64,000 bases of DNA from positions 344,158 through 408,157 of the forward strand of contig RDEW01000029.1 of NCBI GenBank assembly GCA_011109175.1, given 5' to 3'. Every line of letters begins with the position of its first letter. The stretch's first letter is position 1. Of the stretch, positions 1 through 11,929 are shown in pieces. The notes under the pieces are model-generated. The model did not search any database. It saw nothing but the letters and a program-made list of their open reading frames with translations, and was not told the origin of the DNA. Both the position numbers and the translations under genes were made by a program. This DNA comes from Dicyema japonicum (lineage: Eukaryota; Animalia; Dicyemida).

Positions 1-95
1 CTATTAGGAAGAGAGGAGGAACAGACAAGCAAGCCAGAAAACTTCAACCAATTAACCACGCAGCACCACATGACGCCACGCGGCGTGAGAATTAA
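1..95 (-). mobile_element. 5' end of a Vingi/Ingi-like LINE running off the window edge
   Basis: Near-identical to 19220-19300; carries the GCGTGGCGTCATGTGGT 5' hallmark also seen at ~3420 (+) and ~43660 (-). Confidence 0.5.
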
Positions 96-399
96 GAGAA
101 AAAACACAATAATTAATGGAAATAAAAAAATAATTAATGTGTACAGTAATGTTGTGTAAATTTAGATACAAGTTCTTTGATATTATTATTGTAATATATA
201 ATTTGTTGTTGTGGAGCATGTTTGTTTCTCTGAATGAGTTAGAAACATTACCAGAGGACCTATTTACGAATGGATATGAAAGAAAACCAACACTAACGTA
301 GACATGGTGTTCCATGGAGTGCTTACAGAACAGGGAATTTCGCATGATTATATGACTTTTACTATCACGTCACTACGGGCCGATGGCTGAATCGTTGAC

Positions 400-3250
400 C
401 AAGATCACAAAGCTGAATGGATCGTACAAGTTGTTGGAACTGCCAAGTCGAGATTTGGAAGGATTCCTCGAGGTGGGTGGCCGTTAATCGCAGATATCTT
501 CAATATGGGGTTCGGTACCACCAAATCTGTGGCAAACGTAAAATTACTTCCCAAAACTCATGTAAAGAATACTACCTGTCACCAAGAAGGAAATCGGCAG
601 AGCGTCGAGAAGTCGGAGATTGCCTGTTTCACTAAGTACTTGGAAGAGTTTTCATGCCGGATTCAATAGATCAAGTCGATGCCCCGGGATAAACGAAAAC
701 AACCAAGAAAATTCGCTATCAGTTTACTCAAAAATGGATATATTATCCGGATTGAATTATGCTGTGGGACACTATATCAATAATATGCCCTAATACAATG
801 GAAGATATTACAGATATTCTGTATGCAACACATGCTCATATGAAACACTTACTACCACTGTTCACAAGGAGACCAACTGGCTGCAATCAAATAATAGGCG
901 ACTCACAAAACTAAATAATCACGCTGAGAAAATCAGCGCACTAGTTGGGTCATTGGGAAGTCAGAAGTATGATGATTCGACGAGAGAAGCTTTGTGTGCT
1001 TATGCATACAAGAAGTCAAAAAAGGAGATCTTGCGAGAGTGTTGTGTACAATCAATGAGAGATTAGAATTGTTGAAAAAAAGATTAGGATGCACAAGTCC
1101 AGAAAGGAATTTCGAAGAGACAATTTATGCTTTGAGCTTAAATAGAAGGCGCTTTTATAGGAAAATGAGAGAGGAAGGCCTGTTCTGTGTACAATTTTGA
1201 GATCGAGGAATGTTCAGCTTTTTGGAAAAACATGTGGAAGGAAAAGGATAAGAAGGATGTGGTATTCTCTATATCCAAATGAGACGTATGCTGAGTTCTC
1301 GAAAGAAGGATTGTTGGGAATAATCAAACTATTGCCTAATTGGAGAGCGTGGGGATGTGATCTACAATTTCTTTATTAAGAAGATTCGTCACTCCATGAA
1401 CATATATACAAGAAGTAGAAAAGGTGATAAAGGAAAAATCGACTCTTGAGGCATGGTTTTTCACTGGTGTCACTTACCTTATCACGAAGAAAGAGGTCTG
1501 TGACTCTTTGAAGGACCTTAGACTGATCACGTGTATGTCTAACCTCTATAAATTGACAACAAAGTGGGTGAATAGCAAGCTAAGCAAATATATTGAAGCA
1601 TTCGATCTAATCAGTGATAACCAGTTAGGAACTCGTAGAATGTGCCAGGACGCAAAGAACAAGCCTTGGTCAACCAATGCATTAACAAACAGTCGGTCAA
1701 TTTACGCTCGACTTGGATCGATGTAAAGAAAGCGTTTGATTCTGTGGATCATGGCTTTTTGTACGAAGTTTTAGAAAACTCCGGATTACCTATATGGATT
1801 ATTACGTTTATAAAAAAATCTTATGAAAATGTGGACACTCCAACTAAAATTTAATGGAAAATTGCTTGGTGTGGTGAATCTTAGAAGGGGAATATTACAA
1901 GAAGATTCCTTATTTCCACAGTTATTTTGTATTATTGATTGATCCGTTGAGTCGACTATTAAATGGTAAATACCCTACGTGACCATGGATGCTGAGGGAA
2001 ATACTCTTACCTATGCTACTAACCACTTGTTGTTTATGGATGATCTTAAATTGATATCCTATTAGGATGACACAATGCTAAGAATGATGACAAATCAGTC
2101 AAAGTGGAGAATAGGATCGTGAATCTTACAGACTAAACTGAATAGTGTTAACTTCTTCAAGGCAATCAATGAGCATGCGACTTCTCTATATAATTCTTTA
2201 GGACTCATTGAAATTGAATCTGATGAGTTTGAAGCAATTGACAAGTGTATACTTAGAAATGTTCGGATTCACTGTAAACCTGCAAATAAAGTTTGTATTT
2301 ACAGCGAGATTTTCTTGGGAGAGGATTGACTTCTGTTGTATGTAAAGTGAATGAATCTTCTACATTTTTACAACGACCTGCAACACAAGTCCAACAAATG
2401 CTTGAGAAGAGCAGGAATCCTACGGGTCTTGAACGCAAAGAAAAATCATATGGTCACTATCGTAGGATTCCTAGCTTGAAACTACCGTGTAAACACAAGC
2501 GACTAAAATCTAAAACAACTAAAGAATGTACAACAGAAAAGTTGTTAGCAAAGATAAAAAACCTATGCATGCTATGATGTTCGATTCAACAGAAGATCAG
2601 AATGTTGATATCAAATAATCTAGCCAATGGTTAATCGCCGGGAACAACTCCCCAAGGACTGAGGGAATGCTATTGCAATTCAGCGAAAAAAAACAGTGGA
2701 TCATCTGACAACAAAATGTGGAGGAATGCTCAATAGTGACTACCTACGTCGTCATAATGAGGTCGTCAGGTGCATACACTTACACCTGTGCAGACAGTAT
2801 GGAATAAATAAATCGAAAAGACAAAAGACTCATTCAGTACAATCAACGGTTGTAACTGAATTTGTGGAAATTCGCGTTGACACAATAGCTACGGACACGA
2901 GAATAGAGAATAACAAGCCTGATATTTTCATGTATGACAAAATCAACAACATAATGACGCTAATAAAAGTGGGAATAACCTCCCAAGATTTGAAACATGT
3001 AGAAGTCAACAAAGGCCGCAAGTACCATCTTCTCGCAAGTGAGCTGGGAATAATCACAAAGCAAAAGTTTACGTTGTCCCAGTTGTCCTCACTTGGATGG
3101 AATCGTAAGCAACTTTTGTAAACACCACTTGAGCCACTTAAATTTGGAGTGCTTTGTAGGAGCTTACATGAAGACGGTAACGATCAAAAAAACGATGGAA
3201 AGCGTTTTTGGGCGTTCATGTTTGCATGTCGAAGTACTAGTCGAAATGAA
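400..3250 (+). mobile_element. R4/Dong-type (R2 superfamily, RLE endonuclease) non-LTR retrotransposon, decayed
   Basis: Frameshifted RT motifs (DNQLGTRR, WIDVKKAFDSVDH, GILQEDSL, LLFMDDLK), then RHNEVVRCIH and the PDIF..KVGIT..KYHLLASEL restriction-like endonuclease. Confidence 0.85.
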
Positions 3251-3414
3251 AATGGAATTTGATGTTTATTAACTATTTTAGTTTATTCACAAATAAACTA
3301 AAATATTTTCTTATGTTTGTAAATCAAATATTTCCTATTTCTATAATTTAGGAATTATTTCAGCACTAACAGCCATTTCATTATTGAAACCATTACTCCG
3401 TCATCAAAAATTAT

Positions 3415-5715
3415 CATTAGCGTGGCGTTATTTGGTCTACCAATTCAAAAGGATTTGGAAATGCCCAGGGGAAATGCCCTCCGAAAAAGGACCGATAGAC
3501 CCCATTCTCCTGGGGACATTCTCGTCCCCGGGCGATGCATTTTGCAAAAGATCGAACCTTGCCGGAGGATATCCTCAGCCCATCGAAGAGAAAAGCTCTC
3601 CAGCTAAAAATAAATAGAATTAAATGAAAAATCAGGGAACTCCGCTCACTCCTGGTTTGTCAAAAGATTAAGATGATTCAAGAGACCAAATTCTCTTTTA
3701 ATGACCCTACCTTTTATTTTCCTAGGATACAAAGTTATCAGGAAGGAGAGGTCTGCTCACTCTATTCAAAAAAAACTTGAAATGCAGAGACATCTCCTCG
3801 AAAGTTAAGAAACTTGTTAGGGGATGATGATGTTACAGAAATAATTGGAATCTCGCTCTGGACAACGGAAGGAAGACTATGTTTTTTGAATATCTACGTT
3901 CCGCCTCCTGGTTCCTGCTCGAAGAACTATGTTATGCCAAACCTATAAGAATATATTCATTCGATGAGATCATCATCTGCGGGGATCCCTTATGGCTGTC
4001 AACTCAACTAGCTAACATGAGAGGGAAACTATTATTATTGCAAACGGACTCCCTAACGACATTGAATGATCCATCGAGAAATACAAGGACACCACTGAAA
4101 GAGACAGATGAACCTACCTCAGCGGACGTAACACTCTGCTCATCGTCACCTTCATCAAAAATTGATTGGTCAGTCCGCTACGAAACAAGAAGCGACCATA
4201 ATCAAATTGTGATGAAGATCAAAAGAGAGGCCAACGTGAGAAGAATTCCTAGCGGCTACAATTACAAAGGTGCTAACTAGAAATTGCATCGCGAAATCTC
4301 AGAAGAAAAAATGAAGAATTGTCACTTGGATAGCCTCAGATCTCTGGAGAATGCCATCAGCTACTTTACTCACATAATCGTGGAAGCAAAGATCAAGGGC
4401 TATACCCAAAAGTTCTTAAATTCGTAGAATGGTCGAGGGAAGACGACCTTGATTAAAGAAAGAAATCAGCTTAAAAAATCTAACCGATGACCTTGGTATG
4501 AAACTCCGGATCAGAACATTGAATATGAAATAAAGGCCAAAGAGCTCGAGGCCCAGATGCTTACAAAGGTAAATAGAAATCGCACTACGGAAGAGGAGTG
4601 GAAAGCTATTCGAAACGTGGCAAAAGAGAGGCCTTTTCAACATGGATTCAAAAATGAGAGATCCACGTCTACATACTTACAAACATTGACGACTTCATTC
4701 GAGTCGGATTCACAACCAAGTCGAGACACTTTAAAGCAGTACTCTGCTCGATTGACATACATAAAGCTTTTGACTCAGTCTCGAAAAAGATTCGAGAAAA
4801 ATATTTCAATCGGAGATCCCAGGGAAGCTAAAGCTTTAGATCATCAACTTTCTAAGTGGACGAAGGAGACGTGTTTGCCTCGGAGGTCTGAGATCAATCT
4901 CACAGCTTCTTCCCAATGGAGTCCCTCAAGGATCTCCTTTATCTCCTGCTCTGTTTAATTTCTTTCTGGCTGATCTCCCCACTCTAAATCTGATAATGAT
5001 GTTCTACTTCATATTGTGTTGGCTTCGCGAGATCAGGACATCCAGAAGGTCACAGAAGGAACACAAATTAACGTGGACAGGCTTAATGCCTGGATAATGG
5101 AAAACCGGCTCGTGGCGAATACAGAGAAGTCGTCTACGTCACTATTTACCTCTGAAAAGATTGGGAAGGAAGACAGTCACCCTGAACTTAAACAAGGTCG
5201 GCATCTTTCAACAGATATCAAAGGATCTTGGTTGTGACAATTGATATGCATCTCTGTTTGACACCACACGTAGAAAACATTCTATTGAAATGCGAGAAGA
5301 AACTGAACGTATTGAAAAGTTCTCGGGTATATTGAAGAGTGGGACTCACCCAGTCTTGATGAACGTGTACAAACAGTGCATCGAATCATGTTTCTCATAT
5401 GCATGCAAATCGTCCATATTTTGGACAAATATGAGGAAAATTGAGGAAATGCAAAAGAGGGCTTACAGAGTAACGGAGCGTTGGATTTGTGAAGATCATC
5501 GAACCGGAGATACGCCTCAGGAGGCCCGTATGAGACTAGACTCTAAATCACGGGAAGGTGGCGCTAAAAATTAAGGCAAGCGTCCTCAACGTTCATGCGC
5601 GGGGCGAAGGTAGAACACCGGTAGAAGATAAGGTCTCTCTTAGAAGGCATCGGGATCACGTGATAATTAGTTTGGTTTTACCATTCTTGGGTTAAATAAA
5701 TAAAATAAAAATGTC
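3415..5715 (+). mobile_element. Vingi/Ingi-like APE-RT LINE, decayed
   Basis: APE motifs (IQETK, LNDP..TR, SDHN), RT remnants, 5' hallmark at ~3420, and GGGATCAC 3' UTR with (TAAA)n tail at ~5650-5712. Confidence 0.75.
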
Positions 5716-5789
5716 AACGCTCATGTAGTAGAATATCTCATCTTTCTATCATGTCCATGTGGTCTCTTTTTAATTAAGTGGAATGTTAC

Positions 5790-6215
5790 ACTGAAGCCTC
5801 TCTCAACTTAGTAAGATAAGAGAAATTATACTTTGGAGTTTTCCCATAAAATACAATATTTTTTATGAATATCTTGTTTTAACCGAATATTTTGTATGAA
5901 CAACGTTCAAACTATGTTTTATCTCCAAATCATTTTTCAAATAGTTACTCTTGAAGATTCAACGTCGTCAATATACTGAATTGGGTTTATAATCCTAAAT
6001 TTTGAGATCAGTTAAATCTCTGAAACGTTCTTTTGTGTCACTTCAAGTGCATTAAGTGTTAACATAAGTAAGTAGGTCATCTCCAGAAAGCATGTCTTGG
6101 AATGTGGAAATGGTCGTTTTTCCAACTTAGGTGATGGCATGAAACCATAGTCGAGGTATTGGGGGTTATATTGGCGACTTTTTTCGCAAAGAAAAAATTG
6201 TTTCAAAGTCGGATA
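5790..6215 (-). mobile_element. Internally deleted hAT (Buster-type) remnant
   Basis: N-terminal QYLDYGF..C motif joined to C-terminal sequence homologous to 29029-29355. Confidence 0.6.
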
Positions 6216-6299
6216 ATACCAGGATGACTTTGCTAGGGTTATTTAAATACTGGCTTGCAATAGTTACCCCGATCCTCTGAGCATGGAATCGGTATATAT

Positions 6300-6515
6300 A
6301 TGCTTGACGAGTGACGCCGTCATCAGTGAACATTTCACTGCGTAACCGGATCGTCTATATAGGACACACACCCAAGAAAAAGAAAACAAAGAAGTGAAGA
6401 GTTTTCCTTGATTCTTTCTCATCGATTAGCTATGATAACTGTTCTCTGTTTAAAATAAAGTGTGTGTTCTGCCTGAAAGGAGCGATAGCTGAAATGGCTC
6501 CTCGGAAAGTGCATT
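6300..6515 (+). mobile_element. SINE family 1 body (copy without recognisable head)
   Basis: CTTGACGAGTGACGCCGTCATCAGTG...AAAATAAAGTGTGTGTTCTGCCTG shared with 24280-24470 and with 28650-28815 plus 31543-31710. Confidence 0.6.
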
Positions 6516-6790
6516 GGTCTATAATAGGAACAAATGATTCAAATATACTAATTAAGTTCCCGCATGTGCCACACACGAGACTATCATCCGATCGTTCATG
6601 TAATAACACTTTTAGATTGAATTCAAATAACTCTTGTGAATAGCGAACCCTCTCCATAGTGGTAAAATTCTGATCGTAGGAGGATGACTCGGTAATCATT
6701 ATGTAACTCAAATAGTCCACACTTGACTTTCGTCTCTTGAAAGGATCCAATAATGGCAATGTAAGTATTCTTTGCATATTCGTTTGTAGA
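6515..6790 (-). mobile_element. APE endonuclease remnant of a LINE (RTE-like)
   Basis: Stop-interrupted frame reads IAIIGSFQETK...HYGEG...IICSYYRP. Confidence 0.45.
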
Positions 6791-7004
6791 TATATTTCAA
6801 GCCTCTGACATTAAACGATAGAACGGTAAACTCCTCTGATAGCCACAGATGTGATTAAGACTTTGTGCAATTAAAACACTAACTCAACCAAAATAGGACT
6901 AGTATTTATAAAAAATATAAAATAAATAATATAATTTTATTATTAAATATTATTTACATTGGTTAACCAAATATATAATAAAGACTTATGAATTGTTTTA
7001 ATTA

Positions 7005-7620
7005 ATGAATAAACGAGTTCTAAGAGGCGTGTTAATAGGAATTACAGCAGTTTTAACTATATGTTTCACTGTATGATAACTTTAATTGTTAGGGAATTTT
7101 TATTGGGATATTTGTTGGAGGTGGGTTCTACATATATACATTTAACGATCAGCGTAATAGTGATTTAGCAATCTTTTTTTGGAGTACAGCAATTGGTATC
7201 TTTACTACTGGTGCTTACTATATTTTCATAACGACTCTTGCAATTGTAAGGATTTGGAAAAGAAATAAAGGGCTAAATATAACTGTTGTAAATTATTATA
7301 TTTTTAGTTATGGATATGTCTATTCCTGATTTTGATTACCAATGTTAGCGTTATTATTTTTTTTTCATCAAAATACATTAGTGGTACTATATTAGCCAGT
7401 TTATATGATGAGGATACAGATGAAGTTATTGTAATTATTATTTATAGTCTGATTGTCCTGTAAGTCTGAAAGATGATGAGGTAATGCTTTATAAATGAGT
7501 TAGGAATGTTTGGATCATTTACAGAGTTTGTTGGCAAAACATAGTATACCAATATATCTAGTCTCAACATACTCAGCATTAATCGTTTATGAAATTTTAT
7601 ATATTTTAGACCGCTTACCA
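7005..7620 (+). pseudogene. Four-TM (tetraspanin-like) membrane protein, copy A, frameshifted
   Basis: Removing GT-AG introns of 22, 20 and 23 nt gives MNKRVLRGVLIGITAVLTICFT/GIFIGIFVGGGF... with hydrophobic helices and a Cys-containing loop; indels break the frame. Confidence 0.45.
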
Positions 7621-8029
7621 TTACAATCTTAATTTATTAACTTTCATTAATACAGGCTTTCTCATTAAGATTCGAATATTTGTCATAAATAGGGCATCTG
7701 TGTCTAACACAAATTTTATAATATAATTTAAGCAAACATGTAGAATCACTATTTAGAACTTTGGGTCTCAACGTTTGTCTGGATCCCTCGTTTGGATTCC
7801 ACTTGCAAGTCTGGATAACTATGGAGAAGAGGGACTCTAGCGGATTGTCCAAGACTAGAGGCAGGACTTTAATAACTACCCCAACTTCATTCCTGACTAA
7901 TAGAGTCGTTCATTCGTTCATTTGGACTTAAGTGGTTGAATATTCTAGATTTTCCTTGGAATTTCACATTCTTGGCACTTAGAAACGATGGATTAGACAA
8001 ATATATTTTTAGTAACAAAAATTTATTAC

Positions 8030-8300
8030 TACAAATCGGATAGCAGTAGCAAGAGAAGTGAGCATTTTCGCGATGGCAATTCAGAGGCGTTCACGAAACC
8101 AATGCCGCTCTAGAGGATCTCCCAACCTGACAAGATTACGATTCCAATCTCTCGGATAACATCTCTGATGACAGGTCAGACTAGATCAAACTCTTAAACG
8201 CAATTGAGACTAAGCATAAGCCCCAAGGTTTCTACTGCGACAGACCGAGGACAAATTGATCCCTAAGCGTTTTCAACTTTTCAAGTAAGAAGAAGCAGAT
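8030..8300 (-). mobile_element. CRE-like retrotransposon 3' fragment (inside the duplication; also 20470-20720)
   Basis: PV..ET.G and GDPRERHWFRERL.IAI match the CRE 3' ends at 10600 and 18110. Confidence 0.6.
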
Positions 8301-8399
8301 ATGCAACGAGGTCAAAAAAATAAAACATTGACCCAATTTTTTCCCAATTCAAATATTTCCATTCAGACTGAGAGAAAGGTTTATTTTGTCGAGTCTTAA

Positions 8400-8470
8400 A
8401 ACTGCGAAAGAATCCAGACAGGATTTTAATAACGTAATCCCCCATAACTATCGCTATGTCTTGGTCTTTA
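8400..8470. repeat. Short dispersed repeat (partner 28555-28640)
   Basis: AAAACTGCGAAAGAATCCAG...CATAACTATCGCTATGTCTTGGT present at both sites. Confidence 0.7.
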
Positions 8471-8749
8471 ATAAAAAAATGTTATAATGTTATACCAAGA
8501 ATTTTTGGAGATTTGATAACGGGAAAGGTTGTTCAGAAATGAAAAGTGGTGGGCGAATAGTGGGTCGCATTTTATTAGGAGTGAGAAGCGTGATTTTATG
8601 AGAGAGATTATCCATAAATTGTTGGTTACCCCGTTCCTGTTTCTTATTTTTTGATATTCCATGTTCCACTTATGACTATTTTTGTTTCTTCTTCAAAGAA
8701 ATCGTACCCCCACGTCATCTGAAATGCTCATCTTGTTACCTAGTCGAAA

Positions 8750-10720
8750 CCCGGAGTATGGAATTTCTTCCACCTCGGGTATGTCAAACCGCTGCGTGCG
8801 CGCTTGAAGTATGGCATTTCTCGTCATGCCTTGAACCATGCAGAAAGGTCACTCGTATACGCACTATTATTAAGTCTTCCGTCAGTTGTTTATCACCCAC
8901 GGACCCTGAATAAATATTACAGACATCACGAGCGACGTTCTTATTCCGGTGAAAATCCCCAAGACAGTGCGCCCTTTCATATACAATCTAAGATGCTCTC
9001 CGGACGAAAGGTGCGTCTCCTTAGGTTTAGAGACTTAATCGGGAAGGTCCCAACTTGCAAGTTGGAGTCTCTCGCCGTCACCATGAAGACCAAAATTCGT
9101 TATTTTATGGAAGGAACTAATATCTTTGATTACCCCACATTTTTAACTAAATGCGGGAGACGGAGTCCGAACAAAAATGTATAAGTTATCTGCCTCAAGA
9201 GGACTGTTCGTCGAAGTTAATTAAGGTAGGAACCGTGATGATATTACGGCATTTTCTTCAAGCGGACTCTCGACTCTCGACGCCTACAAGATTTTGTTGA
9301 GCATCTGTTGCCACTACCTGCGCCCAGTCGCTCCGAGTGAGTCCCTTGACTCCATCGAATGCTTAGATTATCCTTGAAATATAGAATTTTCCCCCAGTAG
9401 CTCGACGGAATAAGACCTGGTCATTTGAAAAACCTGACTTCTTTGTTTGTTGGAGATCCAGGACTTCGTCTTACAAATTCAATTACCTCAATTATGAAAA
9501 GGATTCTGTCTAAAGTACTTCCCCGAGTGGTCCGCCTTGTCCTGTTTTCCACCAACTTGATAACCTCGATAAGAAGAAAGGCGGAGTAAACGATCGCCTC
9601 TCGATTATATCCCCCTTGTCACGCAATTCTTGAGCCCCCTTCAAGTAGGAGTTGGAGTTTGTCTTGGATGCGAGGCCGCTAGAATATTCCAAAAACGTAG
9701 CATAAAAGATTCCCGAGAACATGTCCTTGTCAAACGACATCAAGAACACTTTCAATAGTCTGAGGAGAGATAATATTCGAAAGGTGTGTCTGGGAAGATG
9801 TCCCAATAGGACTTGATCCTTCATCTTTACTCTTCGGGGACTACCTAATTCCTTCGTTATCCGGAGTGCAACAAGGAGTCCCTTGGACACCTGTTATTCT
9901 CTCTTGCAATCGAAATAATCAAAAAAGCTTCCCCGTTCGCCCCTTAATCTGTGATATCTGGATGATGTCGTTTTCGGTGGACCCCAGATTCTATCTTCCA
10001 GGATTTGGAGGTGATAATTTTGGCCTTGCCAGAAGCAGGAATTGCGGACTTTTGAAAGAGAAATATTCACAAATTATGCCATCTTTCGCCAATTTAGTCC
10101 TGGAAGTTTTTCCACCCCCGATGATGACCTAATATTCATCGGATCCCCAATCACTATGTGGAGAGCTATGCGGGAAAAAAACATTTACTCCAAGAGGCTA
10201 TGGATCCTTGCATCTACTTGACGTGCATACATCAACTTTCCTCCTAAATAGCAGCCCAATGTATCTCCCAGACACATGGCCATGAATAAAGTCGATCAAC
10301 GACCTTTGGACGTTGTTTGAACCTGTCGGACTTTGCAGACGTGACGTGAAACGACCCGATGGGATGACCATCTTTCCTTTAGAAGCGGGGAAACCACTTG
10401 TATGGCCTTTGAACTTACATCAGAGTTCCCCTGGTGCCTCCTCTGCCGATGAGAACGCCGTGAGGTTAAAACGAGCAAAATACGTAATCCTACCCGAGGA
10501 TTTTCTGTTTGTTCCGCTCGCGCCGGTTCCCTTGTGCCTGCGACGCTGGAATTCCAGAGTTATCTAGAGAATCAGAATTCTACACCAACAAAAGATCCCC
10601 GTGAGCGCTGCTGGCTATTTGAGTGAATCTCGCTCGCCATCCTGAGAGTGAATAGTCATGCAGTCAAGGCGGCGGATGTATTACCCTCGGTAAACTGTTT
10701 CTTTATTTTAATAAAACATT
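8750..10720 (+). mobile_element. CRE-like non-LTR retrotransposon, deleted and interrupted
   Basis: DGIRPGHL, VQQG.PL, YLDD-like region, RPDGMTIFPLEAGKPLVW, and terminal WLFE.ISLAILR; unrelated insert at ~9500-9870. Confidence 0.7.
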
Positions 10721-11044
10721 GTTTTTCAAAAAAATGAAAAAAGTTTTAAGGTAAATTTGCATTGAATTTACGCCATTTTGTTAATTTGAGTGTTTCGATG
10801 CAATTATCAACTTGTCTGGATAAGAAAATGTAAGAATACTACTCTTGGTTGGTTGTGAAATATCACTCAATAATTAGTTAGTGAAGGGAAGATAACTAAA
10901 CCTGGAAAGTATCTGCAGCATTAAGTTTTTAAACGAAATTCAGAGACTCCATATTTTAGAGACGAAATTGTATTTTGTAATTTGATTTGCAAGATTTAGC
11001 AAAATGATTTTTCACAAGAATTTTCTAAGGAGGAGCATGGGGCT

Positions 11045-11125
11045 AAAATGAGGTCCCTGCTAGAGCGTGCTGGGATCACGTGATTAGTTAGTTTGTATAA
11101 CCGTAGTCTCTAATCTTATTAGTAT
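11045..11125 (+). mobile_element. Severely 5'-truncated Vingi-like 3' tail (similar copies 32445-32505 and 37790-37870, minus)
   Basis: GCTGGGATCACGTG.TTAGTTAGTTTG..TAACCGT matches the 3' UTR at 5650. Confidence 0.55.
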
Positions 11126-11225
11126 TATCAGCTGCCATAAGAATTTGATTGCAGCACAGCGGCATAGTGGTAACTGAAAAAACAGTCTTATCGAATCGCA
11201 TCGGGAAACGACCCGATGACTCCCT

Positions 11226-11503
11226 TATTTATTTTATTTATTAACCCTTACAATTTTTGGTGAACTCAATACAAACGGTGTTGCAAGGGAAGAACCCAAG
11301 GGAGAACGTCTTTTTGTGCCACCAGATCCATTTTCCCATAGTAGAAGAGAGGTGGAGAAATGTATAGCACCAGATTGGACTTGTCGTTTCACGGGTGGGT
11401 CTGTTTGACGATTATTGATCTTGGCTGAAAATTCCATCTTTCGGAATCGAACCCACGACTGTCAGACCCGATGTCATCAGACATTATGTTCAGCCAAGAA
11501 GGC
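11226..11503 (-). mobile_element. SINE family 2 with tRNA-Arg(TCG)-like head
   Basis: Minus strand GCCTTCTTGGCTGAAC...TGACATCGGGTCTGACAGTCGTGGGTTCGATTCC aligns with remembered tRNA-Arg(TCG) and has a B box; (TAAA)-rich tail; related heads/bodies at ~37670-37712 and ~59705-59740. Confidence 0.6.
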
Positions 11504-11929
11504 TCCTCATGTATCAATAAGGTCATTACGGTCTCTCTTGAATCTGATACTTTCTGAAAGCATAAAAGATTCCCGAGAACAAGACATTTAGCTGACAATT
11601 CAATAACTTACAAAACTTGTTTGGGGGTATTGAACACTAGAAAAGCAGTGTATTTCTGTAAATGGTTTAAAATTGACAGACTACGGTTATGAGCGTTCTA
11701 CGTGGTCACAAGACGTTCATACGGTTAAACTTTACGCTCTTCCTTATACGCGAACGATCCCAGAACAACGACGCTGTCCTAAAAGGTGCGTGCTTCCACG
11801 TGTTTGGACGAGCACTGGGCGTTTACGTCCATAAGATGATACTGAAATTTTTTCACGATACTTGCAAATTTTACAAATTTTAAAACAATAATGTATCTTG
11901 TGGAATTGTGTCGGTTATTATATTCTCTT

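Larger units (their letters stand above)
6858..8400. repeat. Segmental duplication copy A (~1.55 kb; partner 19303-20860)
   Basis: Colinear high-identity direct repeat, from AGACTTTGTGCAATT to CAGACTGAGAGAAAGGTTT. Confidence 0.9.

Noticed and set aside
6300-6350. Hammerhead (retrozyme or SM-alpha-like) in the SINE1 body; also CTGATGA at ~8165 and ~11480
   Set aside because: The core CUGANGA..GAAA geometry is missing on both strands; 8165 is CRE coding sequence and 11480 is a tRNA-derived head.
6430-6777. RNA polymerase I subunit RPA2 C-terminus (MER..LLHER..VCGTCG)
   Set aside because: Motif order is inconsistent; another frame of the same strand gives a better APE endonuclease match, and the ORF runs into a SINE.
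6900-7700. Mitochondrial insertion (NUMT) suggested by T-rich hydrophobic coding
   Set aside because: Frames are restored by GT-AG micro-introns under the standard code, and no respiratory-chain motifs are present.
11480-11505. U2 snRNA 5' end similarity (GCCTTCTTGGCT)
   Set aside because: No branch-point recognition or Sm site follows; tRNA-Arg explains the whole head better.
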